A DNA stretch of 64,000 nucleotides from Myxococcota bacterium (GTDB lineage Bacteria; Myxococcota_A; SURF-8), in NCBI GenBank assembly GCA_965140415.1, contig OZ223209.1, positions 1,952,001 through 2,016,000 of the forward strand. Reading direction: 5' to 3'. The position numbers and the translations under genes are program-made. This document shows, piece after piece, positions 1 to 10,678 of the stretch. The notes beneath the pieces are model-generated. The model saw only the letters and a list, made by a program, of their open reading frames with translations. It made no database searches and had not been told where the DNA came from. How positions within the stretch are numbered: position 1 is the first letter of the stretch; each line of letters opens with the position of its first letter.

Positions 1-615
1 GGACTATTTCAGCAGGTACTGGAAACCAGTGCAGCTCTTTTAGCTTCGGATAACGCGGATGCGAGTATGTTTCTTGCGATTGCCGAGGCGTTACGGCGTA
101 GCGGGCAGATGGAGGCCGTAGTTCAATTACTGGAAACGGCTCGCTTGATGTTTACTGACAACGAAGCGGTGCTGATCGGATTGGCTGGCGCGTATGCACA
201 GGCCCAGCATCCTTTATCCGCTGCGGAGCTGTTTGAGGTAGCGGCCATTGACAATAAAGCTTACCACCGGGAAGCGGCGGAGATGTTTCGAGAGGCGGGG
301 AAATTCAATCGCGCGTTGTATCACAACGCTAGAATTTCGGAACAACCCGTAAAAATGCGACAGCGATTGGGTCTGTTGTTACGAATGAGCCAATTCGAAC
401 AGGCTGCCGGGCTGGCCCCCCGCCTGTCACGTCTCGGCTTGTTGGAAGACGAAGATATCCGCTATGCCCTGGCTTATGCCTGTTTCAAGGTTGGTGACTA
501 CGATGCCGCTGAAGTTCATTTGAAAAAGCTGACGCGGTCAGACCTGTTCCGTAATGCGGCTGATCTGCGAGCGGCCATGCAAAGCTGTATTGGCGATCCC
601 TGGAGGTGTGAGTAA
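1..615 (+). CDS. TPR-repeat protein, 5'-truncated at window edge
   Basis: Frame is open from base 1 through the ATG at 67 to TAA 613-615. Helical TPR-like pattern (YALAYACFKVGDYDAAEVHL). Lies directly upstream of a TonB-dependent receptor. Confidence 0.8.
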   Translation, partial: GLFQQVLETSAALLASDNADASMFLAIAEALRRSGQMEAVVQLLETARLMFTDNEAVLIGLAGAYAQAQHPLSAAELFEVAAIDNKAYHREAAEMFREAGKFNRALYHNARISEQPVKMRQRLGLLLRMSQFEQAAGLAPRLSRLGLLEDEDIRYALAYACFKVGDYDAAEVHLKKLTRSDLFRNAADLRAAMQSCIGDPWRCE

Positions 616-616
616 C

Positions 617-3600
617 GTGCAGAAAGTCTTTACCGGTATTGGTCTGGTTGTTGCGTTGACGTTGCTATTGTCGGGAATGGCGAATTCCCAGCAGGGTGAG
701 GATGTAGGCGCGATTTCCTGCTACGTGTTCCAGGATGAAAATGGTGCGCCCGTTTCGGGAGCCGAGATATTTGTGGAAGGCGTCGATTCTTCCGTAACCA
801 ACGAAAAGGGAATGGTCAACTTTGTGACCTCTCCCGGTGCATATAATCTGCACATCGTGAAGGCGGGTTTGGCGGAGGCGGAACTTTCTTCCGTTCAGGT
901 AGTAACTGGGGAAGTTACCGAAGCTATCGTCACGATGTTCTCGGACGGACGCCCGGCGCTCGTTTCGTTGGAAGTCGCCGCGCATAAACTGCAAGGCAAG
1001 CAGCAGATTTTAGACGAGAATCAGCCGACCGGCGAATTACAAGGCGCAGTTGTAGATATTGAAAAGCGCAAGCCGGTGCAAGGCGCACGCATTTTCGTGC
1101 GTGGAGTGGATGTGGAAGTGAAAAGTGGAAAAAACGGAAAATTCACGTTGCGTCTACCGGCAGGCATACACGCGCTTTCCGTGGTGCATCCCGATTTCAG
1201 TATGCAGACTATCGACGATGTTCAGGTGACCGCCGATGAAAAACAGAGTGTCGATATTGAGCTGACTCCCTCGTCATTGGAGTTGGATGACTATACCGTG
1301 GTTGCCCCACAGATAGAGGGAGGCATTGCCGAATTGAACCGGGAGCGGCAGGGGTCTAGCGCCGTGGCGGAAGTGATCGGTGCAGAGCAGATTGCAAAAA
1401 GCGGCGACAGCAGCGCCGCCGGTGCCTTGAAACGTGTGACCGGTTTGACGCTGGTCGGCGGAAAGTATATTTACGTGCGCGGGATGGGCGAGCGCTATTC
1501 CAGCACCTTGATGAATGGTTCGACGTTGCCTAGCCCGGAGCCGGAACGGCGCGTGGTGCCGTTGGATATGTTTCCGGTAGACATACTGGAAAGCGTGCTG
1601 ATTCAGAAAACCTATTCAGCGGATCTACCCGGAGAATTCGGTGGTGGAACGATTCGCTTGAGAACCCGTGGTCGTCCAGAGGATTTAACGGCCAACGTAT
1701 CGATCTCGGCTGGGGGTAATACCAACACGACGTTCCAAAAAGGTTTGAAGTACAATGGCGGAGACTGGGACTGGTTGGGTATCGATGATGGAACCCGTTC
1801 ATTGCCTGGTGCAGTATCCAAAGCCAGTGACGGCCAGCCGCTATTGGAGACGGATCGATTTTCTTCCACAGGATATACGGCAAGTGAACTGGAAAACTAC
1901 GGCGAAATGATGTCCAATGTATGGACGCCGAATAAGAGTACGGTGATTCCCGATCTTGGATTATCGGCTACTGTGGGAGATTGCTATAAAATCGGTGCGA
2001 CGCCCATCGGATTTCTGCTTTCAGCCAGCTACGATCAGAGCTGGGATCTATCCAAGGTGAAACGAAACTATTACATCGTCGGCAACGAGGGCGAATTGGA
2101 ATTGCAGCATAGTTACGATTTCGAATCGTTGACGCGCAACGTTTCTTTGGGTGGTATTCTGGATCTGAGTACGGAAATTGCGGAACATCACAAACTTAAA
2201 AGCACCACCATTCTCATTCGCACCACCGATGATGAAGCGCGTATTTACGAAGGATTCAACCGGGATGTTTCTACAGATATCCGTGTCACTCGTTTGCGCT
2301 GGATCGAACGCATGTTGCTTTTTCAGCAGCTCTCCGGTCAGCATGAAATCGCACAGGCCCATAACCTGCTGCTAGATTGGCGCTATACTTTCTCCTTGGC
2401 CATGCGCGACGAACCGGACCGGCGCGAAGTCCGCTATGATTACGAATCGGGTACCGAACGCTGGATACTCTCGGACAGACCCGAGGGCAACCAGCGCGTG
2501 TTCAGTGAATTGGTCGATTATAACCACGATGTCGGTCTCGATATCACCGTGCCGTTTGCAATCTGGCTGGATCTGGAAGCAAAGGCAAAATTCGGATTCA
2601 ATTTCGTGCATCGGTCGCGAACGGTGGATACGCGCCGCTTCAAGTTTCAGCACAAAGGCGAGTTGAGTACCGACACGGATATTATATCCCAAACGCCGGA
2701 ACAGATATTCGTACCTGAGAATATCGGAAACGATGGTTTTCAGTTCGAGGAAATCACCCGCGAGACGGACAACTACTCGGCCTCGCAGCGCATCATTGCC
2801 GGGTACCTTATGTTCGAACTGCCCATACTCCAGTCGCTGAATCTGTCTGCCGGGGCGCGTGTGGAACAGTCGGTGCAGTCCGTTCGTACCTTCGAATTGT
2901 TCAACCCGGACAAAGAACCGGTAAAGGCTGATCTGAACGACGTCGATGTGCTACCCGCCGCAACGCTGACATGGATCTTTTACAAAGACATGCAGTTGCG
3001 GTTAGGTTACGGAATGACGCTTTCCCGGCCCGATTTTCGTGAATTGTCGCAGGCGACATTTAACGACGTCACTGGTGGTCGGCAGATCTTCGGCAATCCG
3101 GATCTGAAACGAGCGACGATCCACAACGTGGATTTCCGTATGGAGTGGTACCCCAGCGAAATGGAAAGCGTGTCTGTCGGCTTCTTTTACAAGAAATTCA
3201 CCGACCCGATCGAAACGGTGGTTATCCCCAGCGCACAGTTGTCGATTACCTACGAAAACGCAAAGGGCGCGCAAAATATGGGTGGCGAAGTGGAGTTTCG
3301 TAAAAACTTCGATTTCGCGCATCCAAAATTAGCGGACTTGTATTTGGCGGGAAACTTCACCTACATCTGGTCGCGTGTCGAACTTGGAGAAGACAGCGGC
3401 ATTCAAACCAGCAACAAACGTCCTTTGCAGGGGCAGTCGCCTTACGTTGCCAACCTGCAAATCGGATATGACAACGCCGATTGGGGTACCAACCTGGCCG
3501 TTGTGTACAACGTATTCGGCAAACGCATCGTCGAAGTCGGCGCACAAGGAGCACCCGATGTTCTGGAGCGACCCTACCATCAGTTGGATTTCGTGGCCGG

Positions 3601-3745
3601 ACAGAATCTGGGCAAAGGATTCAAGTTGTCGTTCAAAGCCAAAAACCTGATCAATCACCTGGTGAAATTCACCCAGGGCGATGAAACCACCGAAGCCTTC
3701 CATCGCGGGCGTGAGTTCAGTATCAGCGCAAGCTGGTCTTACTGA
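617..3745 (+). CDS. TonB-dependent outer-membrane receptor with two N-terminal carboxypeptidase-regulatory-like domains
   Basis: Signal peptide, plug motifs (YIYVRGMGERYSSTLMNG, VPLDMFP), C-terminal NL...SWSY barrel end. Start moved from 554 to GTG 617, downstream of GGAGGT at 602-607. Confidence 0.92.
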   Translation: MQKVFTGIGLVVALTLLLSGMANSQQGEDVGAISCYVFQDENGAPVSGAEIFVEGVDSSVTNEKGMVNFVTSPGAYNLHIVKAGLAEAELSSVQVVTGEVTEAIVTMFSDGRPALVSLEVAAHKLQGKQQILDENQPTGELQGAVVDIEKRKPVQGARIFVRGVDVEVKSGKNGKFTLRLPAGIHALSVVHPDFSMQTIDDVQVTADEKQSVDIELTPSSLELDDYTVVAPQIEGGIAELNRERQGSSAVAEVIGAEQIAKSGDSSAAGALKRVTGLTLVGGKYIYVRGMGERYSSTLMNGSTLPSPEPERRVVPLDMFPVDILESVLIQKTYSADLPGEFGGGTIRLRTRGRPEDLTANVSISAGGNTNTTFQKGLKYNGGDWDWLGIDDGTRSLPGAVSKASDGQPLLETDRFSSTGYTASELENYGEMMSNVWTPNKSTVIPDLGLSATVGDCYKIGATPIGFLLSASYDQSWDLSKVKRNYYIVGNEGELELQHSYDFESLTRNVSLGGILDLSTEIAEHHKLKSTTILIRTTDDEARIYEGFNRDVSTDIRVTRLRWIERMLLFQQLSGQHEIAQAHNLLLDWRYTFSLAMRDEPDRREVRYDYESGTERWILSDRPEGNQRVFSELVDYNHDVGLDITVPFAIWLDLEAKAKFGFNFVHRSRTVDTRRFKFQHKGELSTDTDIISQTPEQIFVPENIGNDGFQFEEITRETDNYSASQRIIAGYLMFELPILQSLNLSAGARVEQSVQSVRTFELFNPDKEPVKADLNDVDVLPAATLTWIFYKDMQLRLGYGMTLSRPDFRELSQATFNDVTGGRQIFGNPDLKRATIHNVDFRMEWYPSEMESVSVGFFYKKFTDPIETVVIPSAQLSITYENAKGAQNMGGEVEFRKNFDFAHPKLADLYLAGNFTYIWSRVELGEDSGIQTSNKRPLQGQSPYVANLQIGYDNADWGTNLAVVYNVFGKRIVEVGAQGAPDVLERPYHQLDFVAGQNLGKGFKLSFKAKNLINHLVKFTQGDETTEAFHRGREFSISASWSY

Positions 3746-3883
3746 TAACAACATATCGGTCAGAAAAAAATTCCTTCCTTTTCCTTTCTTTCGAAATCTG
3801 AATAAGTGCGGTATAGTGCCCACTCATCGCGGATCTGGCACCATTCGAACCATGTTGTTGGATGAGACGAAGCGGAGGTTGCA

Positions 3884-4729
3884 ATGGGTATAAGGCAGGA
3901 CGCACAAGGGAAAAATGTATATATCAGCGGGGGTTCCAGTGGAATCGGTCTGGCTGCGGGGGAAGTGTTTTCCGCACTGGGAGCCAACGTGCTGGTGTTT
4001 TCCATCGATTCCAAAGAACAGCAAAAGGTGGCGTTGGAGTCCCTTCGAAAACGAGCGACAAGTGAGCAGCAACGATTCGAGGCGCTGACCTTGAACGTGA
4101 CAGACCGCGACGAAGTGCTGCGCGTGTTGGGCGAGGCTTGTCAGCGTTTTGGTGCGCCCTGGGCACTGATAAACAGTGCCGGTATGGGTGGTGCGGTTTT
4201 GTTCGAGCAGGAACCCATTGAGCGTTTCGACAAGGCAATGCAGCTAAACGTCTATGGTCTGCGTCACGCCGTCGAAGCCTGCCTGGAAACGATGAAGCCT
4301 CATGGGGGATACATCGTGAACGTGGCTTCCATGGCCGGATTGATCGGAAACTTCGGTTACACGACCTACTCCGCTTCCAAGTTCGCTGCGGTGGGATTCT
4401 CCCAGGCCTTGCGCGCAGAGTTGAAGCCGCTTGGAATTCAGGTATCGGTGCTGTGTCCCACTCAGGTGGACACGCCGATGCTGGCTCATACGGATCAGTT
4501 CAAGCCGCCAGAAAGCAAAGCCATTAACGACAAAGCCGGTTTGATGACTGCCGAGGCGGTTGTAGAAGGCATGCTGGATGGAATGGACAAAAACAAGGGA
4601 ATCATCATTCCCGGTTTCAAGGGCAGCTTCGTCTATCTGCTCAGTCGTGTACTACCCGGTCTGCGGGAGAGCATGACGGATCGTATTATCGCCAAGGTGC
4701 GCAGGCAGCGCCAGCATACGGATGCATAG
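3884..4729 (+). CDS. SDR-family oxidoreductase (3-ketodihydrosphingosine-reductase-like subgroup)
   Basis: ISGGSSGIG Rossmann motif, NSAG, catalytic YSASK. GGAGG RBS upstream. Confidence 0.88.
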   Translation: MGIRQDAQGKNVYISGGSSGIGLAAGEVFSALGANVLVFSIDSKEQQKVALESLRKRATSEQQRFEALTLNVTDRDEVLRVLGEACQRFGAPWALINSAGMGGAVLFEQEPIERFDKAMQLNVYGLRHAVEACLETMKPHGGYIVNVASMAGLIGNFGYTTYSASKFAAVGFSQALRAELKPLGIQVSVLCPTQVDTPMLAHTDQFKPPESKAINDKAGLMTAEAVVEGMLDGMDKNKGIIIPGFKGSFVYLLSRVLPGLRESMTDRIIAKVRRQRQHTDA

Positions 4730-4744
4730 CGAACAAGGAAGTGA

Positions 4745-6235
4745 ATGATGGATCGCAGGCAGTTTTTACAGTTGACGGCGGCCACGGTAGCCGCCGGGGC
4801 CTTGTCCGGTTGTGCGACCGGCTCTTCTTCTTCCCGTTACACTGCTGCACAGTCGCCGGTATTGGCCCATGAGCGATTGCTGTTGACCAATGCACGGCTG
4901 ATCGATGTCAATACCGGACAACTCCGATCTGAGAGCCGCCTGGTGTTGCAGAACGGAAAAATCGCGGCGATTCCGCAAAACGATGAAAAGGTGGATGCCG
5001 ATCGCAGCCTGGATCTGGAAGGCGCTTATGTCTCTCCGGGGCTGATCAACGCGCATTGCCACATGACCTTGCCCTGCGGGATGACGTTAACCCCTGGGAT
5101 TCTCTTCGCATTTGAGCGGCAGATCGAGCGCAACGCAGAAGAATGCGTAAAAAATGGCGTAACCTGCGTGCGCGATATGCTGGCCATGACGAAGATCATG
5201 GTCAAGCTGAAGGAAAAAATAGCAGGTGGGGAAATCGTCGGACCGCGCATCATCAATAATTGTGTGTTGAGAGTCGAACACGGTTACGGCAAAAAAATGG
5301 TCTTCTGGGGCGACGATCCTATGGTGCTGCAAGCGCAAACGCCGCAGCAGGCCAAAGAAGCGGTGCGGATGGCCTTCGATCGCGGCGCGGATTTCATCAA
5401 GATTTTCCAGCAGCCGGTGTCCTTATATTTACCCAGCAATGCCATGCCGGTAATGGATACCCCGACCGTGGCGGCCATTTGCGAGCAGGCCGCAAAAGAT
5501 GGAAAGCAGGTCGCCCTGCACCAGACCGAGCATAATGGTTTTCATCGCGGTTTGCAGGGGGGCGTAAGCACCTTCGAACACGTGGTTCGTGACCGACCGC
5601 TTACTGACGCGGAAGTCAGGCAGATGCAGGATTCGCATGCCTGGTCGGTGCCGACCTTATCGGCGGCGTTCGGTCTGGCCAATAAGAAAGAAGGCGATCC
5701 TTTCTGGGGTAAGGGGATTCTTCCCTGGATGCAGAAACTGCGTCAGGTTGTCATGCCGAAACTGGCAAAGCAATATCTGGAGCCGGAATTTGCAGCAGGG
5801 ACGCTGGGCTTCCTGCACCGTTTCAGTGACCCCAGGCAGAACGAGAGCAAACACCTGATCCCCTGGCCGGATCCCAGGCATTTCACCTCGGCTGTCGTTC
5901 AGGGGGGTGAAAACGCAATGGCCCTGTATCGAGCCGGAATTCCATTCGGTTGCGGCAACGATGGCGGCATTCCTTTTGTCTTCCCCGGAGCGATGGATCT
6001 GGAACTGCGCATTTTAAGCAAGATCGGCATCCCTCCCGCAGCGGGGTTGAAGATGGCGACCATCAATAATGCAACCCTGCTTGGTCTGGAGCGGGAAATC
6101 GGCTCCATCGAAGTGGGAAAAACCGCAGATCTGGCGGTGTACGTGAACAACCCGCTCGAATCGGCGCGGAATCTGGCGCAGCCGCAACGGGTCTTCCAAG
6201 CAGGCCGTCTGGTAGTTGATCGGGTCGAAGGTTAG
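4745..6235 (+). CDS. Metal-dependent amidohydrolase with Tat/lipoprotein signal
   Basis: DRRQFL twin-arginine motif and LSGC lipobox. PGLINAHCH metal motif. GSIEVGKTADL C-terminal motif. Confidence 0.88.
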   Translation: MMDRRQFLQLTAATVAAGALSGCATGSSSSRYTAAQSPVLAHERLLLTNARLIDVNTGQLRSESRLVLQNGKIAAIPQNDEKVDADRSLDLEGAYVSPGLINAHCHMTLPCGMTLTPGILFAFERQIERNAEECVKNGVTCVRDMLAMTKIMVKLKEKIAGGEIVGPRIINNCVLRVEHGYGKKMVFWGDDPMVLQAQTPQQAKEAVRMAFDRGADFIKIFQQPVSLYLPSNAMPVMDTPTVAAICEQAAKDGKQVALHQTEHNGFHRGLQGGVSTFEHVVRDRPLTDAEVRQMQDSHAWSVPTLSAAFGLANKKEGDPFWGKGILPWMQKLRQVVMPKLAKQYLEPEFAAGTLGFLHRFSDPRQNESKHLIPWPDPRHFTSAVVQGGENAMALYRAGIPFGCGNDGGIPFVFPGAMDLELRILSKIGIPPAAGLKMATINNATLLGLEREIGSIEVGKTADLAVYVNNPLESARNLAQPQRVFQAGRLVVDRVEG

Positions 6236-6443
6236 AGCATCTTTTTATTAAGAAACGATTTCTCGAAATTGTAAAAAGTTACAAAGGAAAAACATTCCGA
6301 TTGGACTGCTGTGTCATTTTTCTGAAAGAAGCATTTGTAAAAACAGGAAATTCGTATTAGCTTGACCGTACACAATCTGGTGTCTTCAAAACGATAAAAA
6401 CTGAAGGTACAAAATCTCCTTGTTTGCTGGAAAGGATGTTGCC

Positions 6444-7982
6444 TTGATCCAACTTCGAAGGTATGTCGCGGTTTTCTTGTTTGCTCTATTATGGCTTGTC
6501 AGTGTAGGTGATCTTGCCCAGGCCGGTCCATTGCGCTTTTACGGATACGATGTTACCGCAATGGGTTCCGGCAACAGCCAGAGCGCCTATGGCGAGTCCA
6601 TGGCCTCACTTTACAGTAACCCGGCGATTCTGCCGGATGTAAAACGGGAACTGGATATCGGTTTTATCTTCGCCTATACCGATTTTTCCACATCGTTGAT
6701 GCAGCGGCCATCCGGCGTGGATGTGCCGCTTTCCTATTACAATTCGGATGTAGGAGTGGAAAGTTCGGAGGGTATGACAGACCGTCCCCTGCCTACCGTT
6801 GAACTCCCCATCAAGCGTCATGACAACCACATCGACACGCACAACGAATACCTCACGCTCTCTTTCGGGTACAACTTCAACCGCGACGATCTGATGGCCG
6901 GATTGCATGTGGCTCTGCCGGTTTCCGGCATGGCCAGCATTCATACGCATCACGACAATGAAATGGGGCAGTACAATACCAACACGGTGCATTTCACTCG
7001 TTTCGGCGAATGGGACAAGGTCTTCTCCCTGTTGCTCGGTTTGGGCTATCGGCCAGTCGAATGGATTTCCTTGGGGGCCTCCTTGCAACTGGCGGCCCAA
7101 ACCGTGGTGGACATGCGCACCTATGTGCCGGACAGCACCGTCAGCAATTCCGTGGTGGCGGATACCAAAATGAAGATCAAGTCTGCCGTGCGGCCTATTG
7201 TGGGTGTGAATTTTAGACCCTTGGACTGGTTCAGCTTCGGTGTGGCCTGGCGCTACAAGTTGATGATCAAGAGTAACGCAAAAACAAAGATGGTGCTGTG
7301 GAACTTCCATGACAGCGAGAATCCGGACGAAAACGGTCTGGAGCGTTTGAAGATCAGTGAAACGTCGGTGCCCATGGTGTTCAACTACGAGCCGATGGAA
7401 CTATCCGGGTCGATCGGTTTCCAGCATTCCGGTTTTACCGGGCAGGCACAGGTTACCTGGAATCGCTGGGTCGATTTCCGCGATCATCACGATTTGAGCC
7501 CGCAGGACGCGGCTTATTTCGAAGTGGTCAATGAAGGCGATATCGAAATCGACAAAGGGAAGTATGGTTTCAAAGACACCGTTTCTGCCAACTTCGGTCT
7601 GTCCTACACTTATTACGAGGACTGGGAAGTCCGTATCGGTGGTGCGGTATATCCGTCTCCCGTACCCGAGCAGACCGGTAGAACCAATTTCGCCGACAAT
7701 ACCGTATTCATGCTGTCACTGGGTAAGCGATTCAGTTGGCAGGTGTGGGAAGATCACATCGAATTGGAACTGGCGCTGCAATTCTGGGACATGCTGAAAA
7801 AGACCGTGCATAAAGATGCGTCACAGATTCGAGACGAATTCCCGGACGGTGCAAAAACCATTCTGGAAATGCAGGAGATGCCGGAATCCACCGGACTGCA
7901 AACCAACAACCCCGGTTTTCCCGGCTACAGCCTGAAGGGCTGGGAGGTTGTGGCGGCGGTGTCGTTGGGTTACAGGTTCTAA
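6444..7982 (+). CDS. FadL/OmpP1-family outer-membrane beta-barrel transporter
   Basis: Signal peptide, FadL-like hatch (AMGSG...LYSNPA), terminal aromatic YRF. TTG 6444 follows AAGGA; the ORF is open from 6420. Confidence 0.75.
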   Translation: MIQLRRYVAVFLFALLWLVSVGDLAQAGPLRFYGYDVTAMGSGNSQSAYGESMASLYSNPAILPDVKRELDIGFIFAYTDFSTSLMQRPSGVDVPLSYYNSDVGVESSEGMTDRPLPTVELPIKRHDNHIDTHNEYLTLSFGYNFNRDDLMAGLHVALPVSGMASIHTHHDNEMGQYNTNTVHFTRFGEWDKVFSLLLGLGYRPVEWISLGASLQLAAQTVVDMRTYVPDSTVSNSVVADTKMKIKSAVRPIVGVNFRPLDWFSFGVAWRYKLMIKSNAKTKMVLWNFHDSENPDENGLERLKISETSVPMVFNYEPMELSGSIGFQHSGFTGQAQVTWNRWVDFRDHHDLSPQDAAYFEVVNEGDIEIDKGKYGFKDTVSANFGLSYTYYEDWEVRIGGAVYPSPVPEQTGRTNFADNTVFMLSLGKRFSWQVWEDHIELELALQFWDMLKKTVHKDASQIRDEFPDGAKTILEMQEMPESTGLQTNNPGFPGYSLKGWEVVAAVSLGYRF

Positions 7983-7993
7983 GGGGATTACAG

Positions 7994-9700
7994 ATGATGA
8001 GGAAGATTATGAAGTCGGAAAAACTGCTTCAATTTATAATAGCAGCTGCGTTGTTGGCGGTGTTTTGCATGGGCTGCGAAAGTACCGAGGGAGAGCCTCT
8101 CGATTCGCAGGAACTGGGCCTGTCCAGTTGTGAATTGGATGAGGATTGCGGCGTTGGGCGTTATTGCACGGAAGGGCATTGTCAGGTGGATTGCCTGGAG
8201 CATCCGGACTGTTCCTATTTGGGAAGCGATCTGGCCTGCAACGCGCATGGGCGCTGTTTACCCGATCCATGCGAGATTTCCTGTAGCGAACATGTTGACT
8301 GCGGGGAAGGTGGATATTGCAACAAGGGCTTGGGCCTGTGTGCGCCGTTCTGTCGCGATCAGGGCGATTGCGTAGAGGCGATTCAGAAACATGCCAACTT
8401 CGCCGACTATTGCGGGGATAAAGAACTGGATGAATGCATGGTTTGCTCCGCTTTCGGTGTGTGCATTGCCGAAGATGGCAACGACAGTTGCACCTCGCAT
8501 GACGATTGCGGCCCGGATCGTTTCTGTAATGTCAATGTAGGTTTGTGTGCACCATTCTGCAACGGTCGTGCGGACTGCTTCGATTACTGTGCAGCGACCG
8601 GAGAGTGTAGGAGTGATTGCGAGGCGCTGGCGGCTTGTGAAGCCATCAACATGGATGAAGAGCAGGAACTGTGCTGCGACGATCCTGGCGAGCAACTGGA
8701 ATGTACGGAGTTTCGTCAATGTGTGGAAAAGGCTGTGCTGCAACTGCCGGAAGACGATCCGAACTACATCGATCAAAGCGACCTGGGGAAATTGCTTTGC
8801 CCCAGCTTCGACAGCGTATGCGCCTCCAAAGGTTTTGGTTTCAGTTGCAGCCCCAGCAAAGTTTGCGAGGGTAATGCGGACGAAGTGGATTTCGGGGAAG
8901 TGGATGAGAACTATGCTGCGAGTAACTACGTTGGTATCTGGGGAATTCTGACGGTCACGGCCACCATCTCGGCAGAGGTGCCGATCTACGGCGTGCAGCG
9001 GGTCTATTCGTATCGACTGGAACTGGCGCGCATTACCCACGATAAAGACGATTTGAAGTGGGAGCGGAAAATCTGTTCGCTGGATGTCGCGAATTTCAGT
9101 GAAGATGGCAGCCCGGTGCAATCGCCATCGCGCATCTTGAGTCCACCCAATTATATCCGGGCCTTGGGAATCGTGCCAAATACCATTAGCGATGTCAAAG
9201 CCATTACGGCAGGAACCGTGATCCGCTCTGAGCCTATTTTCGAGGTACGTGGCTGGACGCTGGAAAATCCAAGTTCCTCCGACTACGACAACATGCCCAA
9301 CAAGGATACCTACCTCGCTGGTGATTCGCGGATCTACGACCAGGATCTGGATGGGCGTCCCGGCATGACCAACATTATGGACGGTCTGATTCGTGGCGAG
9401 ATTTACAATGTCTCGATGATGCGCTACCAGTATGATGGAAAAGTGGTGGACGAGGATCATATTGCCGGGTACATTCTACAATTCAAGAATGTGATCAATA
9501 ACTTCGATGCGTCCAAGGAGATTCTGATCCAGAACGTGGCGACCAGTCAGCATCCGGACCAGGAGCGTACCTACTTTCGCATGATGCGCATCCCGGATTC
9601 TTCGTCGTGCAGCGATGTTATCGAGATGGCCAGTATTTCCGGGCACTGGCTATCCAAAACGTATTACCTGGATGATGTGGATGTTTCAGGGACAAAGTAA
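7994..9700 (+). CDS. Cys-rich lipoprotein (CxxxxDC repeats) with a C-terminal globular domain
   Basis: CMGC lipobox-like signal, repeated CxxxxDCxxxxxC units, DQDLDG Ca-binding-like motif in the C-terminal domain. Confidence 0.75.
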   Translation: MMRKIMKSEKLLQFIIAAALLAVFCMGCESTEGEPLDSQELGLSSCELDEDCGVGRYCTEGHCQVDCLEHPDCSYLGSDLACNAHGRCLPDPCEISCSEHVDCGEGGYCNKGLGLCAPFCRDQGDCVEAIQKHANFADYCGDKELDECMVCSAFGVCIAEDGNDSCTSHDDCGPDRFCNVNVGLCAPFCNGRADCFDYCAATGECRSDCEALAACEAINMDEEQELCCDDPGEQLECTEFRQCVEKAVLQLPEDDPNYIDQSDLGKLLCPSFDSVCASKGFGFSCSPSKVCEGNADEVDFGEVDENYAASNYVGIWGILTVTATISAEVPIYGVQRVYSYRLELARITHDKDDLKWERKICSLDVANFSEDGSPVQSPSRILSPPNYIRALGIVPNTISDVKAITAGTVIRSEPIFEVRGWTLENPSSSDYDNMPNKDTYLAGDSRIYDQDLDGRPGMTNIMDGLIRGEIYNVSMMRYQYDGKVVDEDHIAGYILQFKNVINNFDASKEILIQNVATSQHPDQERTYFRMMRIPDSSSCSDVIEMASISGHWLSKTYYLDDVDVSGTK

Positions 9701-9706
9701 AGGAAG

Positions 9707-10678
9707 ATGCAGAGCATGAACCACACGGATCGGCAAACCTACGCGGACACGACCTTAGCTGCATTGATGGAACGCATCCCAGCTATTGCCGAACTCACCG
9801 GAAACCGGGCGCGGATCGATGAACTCTATGCCGCCGTGAAACCGACTCCGTTGGCGTTTCGGGATGGCCGGGTCAATCTGGATGTGTACGAGTCGCAACC
9901 AAATGACCCGGTGCTGATCTTTCATACCGGCATCTGCAACTATTCACGCTTCTACTTCGTCTTTCTTGCGCTTTTAGCAGAGCAAGGATTCAACGTCATC
10001 GCCGTAGATAGGCCCGGCCATGGTTTTTCCGATGGCCTGCGTGGCGATTGCGCGGTGGAAGATGTCAAGGAGTTGATGCCGGCGGTTATCGATTATGCGC
10101 ACAAAACCTACAACGATAAAATCGGGTTATTCGGAACGAGCCTGGGTGGCATCACCACCTTTTATCTGCTGCCGGATATTGAGGGCGTGAAAAGCGCGCT
10201 TTGTCACAACTGGATTTATCCTGGCGAACTGGCGGATCCCAAGAAATGGCTGCTGAACGCGGTTTTGCGACAGCTTAACAAAATCAAGCCCCGCATGGCG
10301 ATCCCGGTTCGAAAGCTGGTCGATCCGAAAAAAGTGCAGGATCTTTCCGCCCAGCAACCGCTGGTGCGCTATTTCGAAAGCATTCACAACGATCCGATTT
10401 ATTGCCAGTCGCTTACCCTGCGCTCGGTGGCCTCATATTTCGGTGGCTATCAACCGCTAAACGAATATGGCAGCGTTGACTTACCCGTACTGGGACTGAT
10501 TTCCGAATATGAAAAAGTGCTGCCGTTACAAACCAGCCGGCAATGGTGGGCGCGTGCAGCTATCCCGAATAGCGAAATCAAAATTATCGAAAAAAGCAAG
10601 CACATGATCTTCCACGACGCAATCCCGGCGGTTCTACCGATCGTTGCAGACTGGTTCAAGAAAACCCTGAATGCATAG
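9707..10678 (+). CDS. Alpha/beta hydrolase (lysophospholipase/monoacylglycerol lipase-like)
   Basis: DRPGHGFS, nucleophile elbow GTSLGG, C-terminal catalytic His (KHMIFH). Confidence 0.85.
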   Translation: MQSMNHTDRQTYADTTLAALMERIPAIAELTGNRARIDELYAAVKPTPLAFRDGRVNLDVYESQPNDPVLIFHTGICNYSRFYFVFLALLAEQGFNVIAVDRPGHGFSDGLRGDCAVEDVKELMPAVIDYAHKTYNDKIGLFGTSLGGITTFYLLPDIEGVKSALCHNWIYPGELADPKKWLLNAVLRQLNKIKPRMAIPVRKLVDPKKVQDLSAQQPLVRYFESIHNDPIYCQSLTLRSVASYFGGYQPLNEYGSVDLPVLGLISEYEKVLPLQTSRQWWARAAIPNSEIKIIEKSKHMIFHDAIPAVLPIVADWFKKTLNA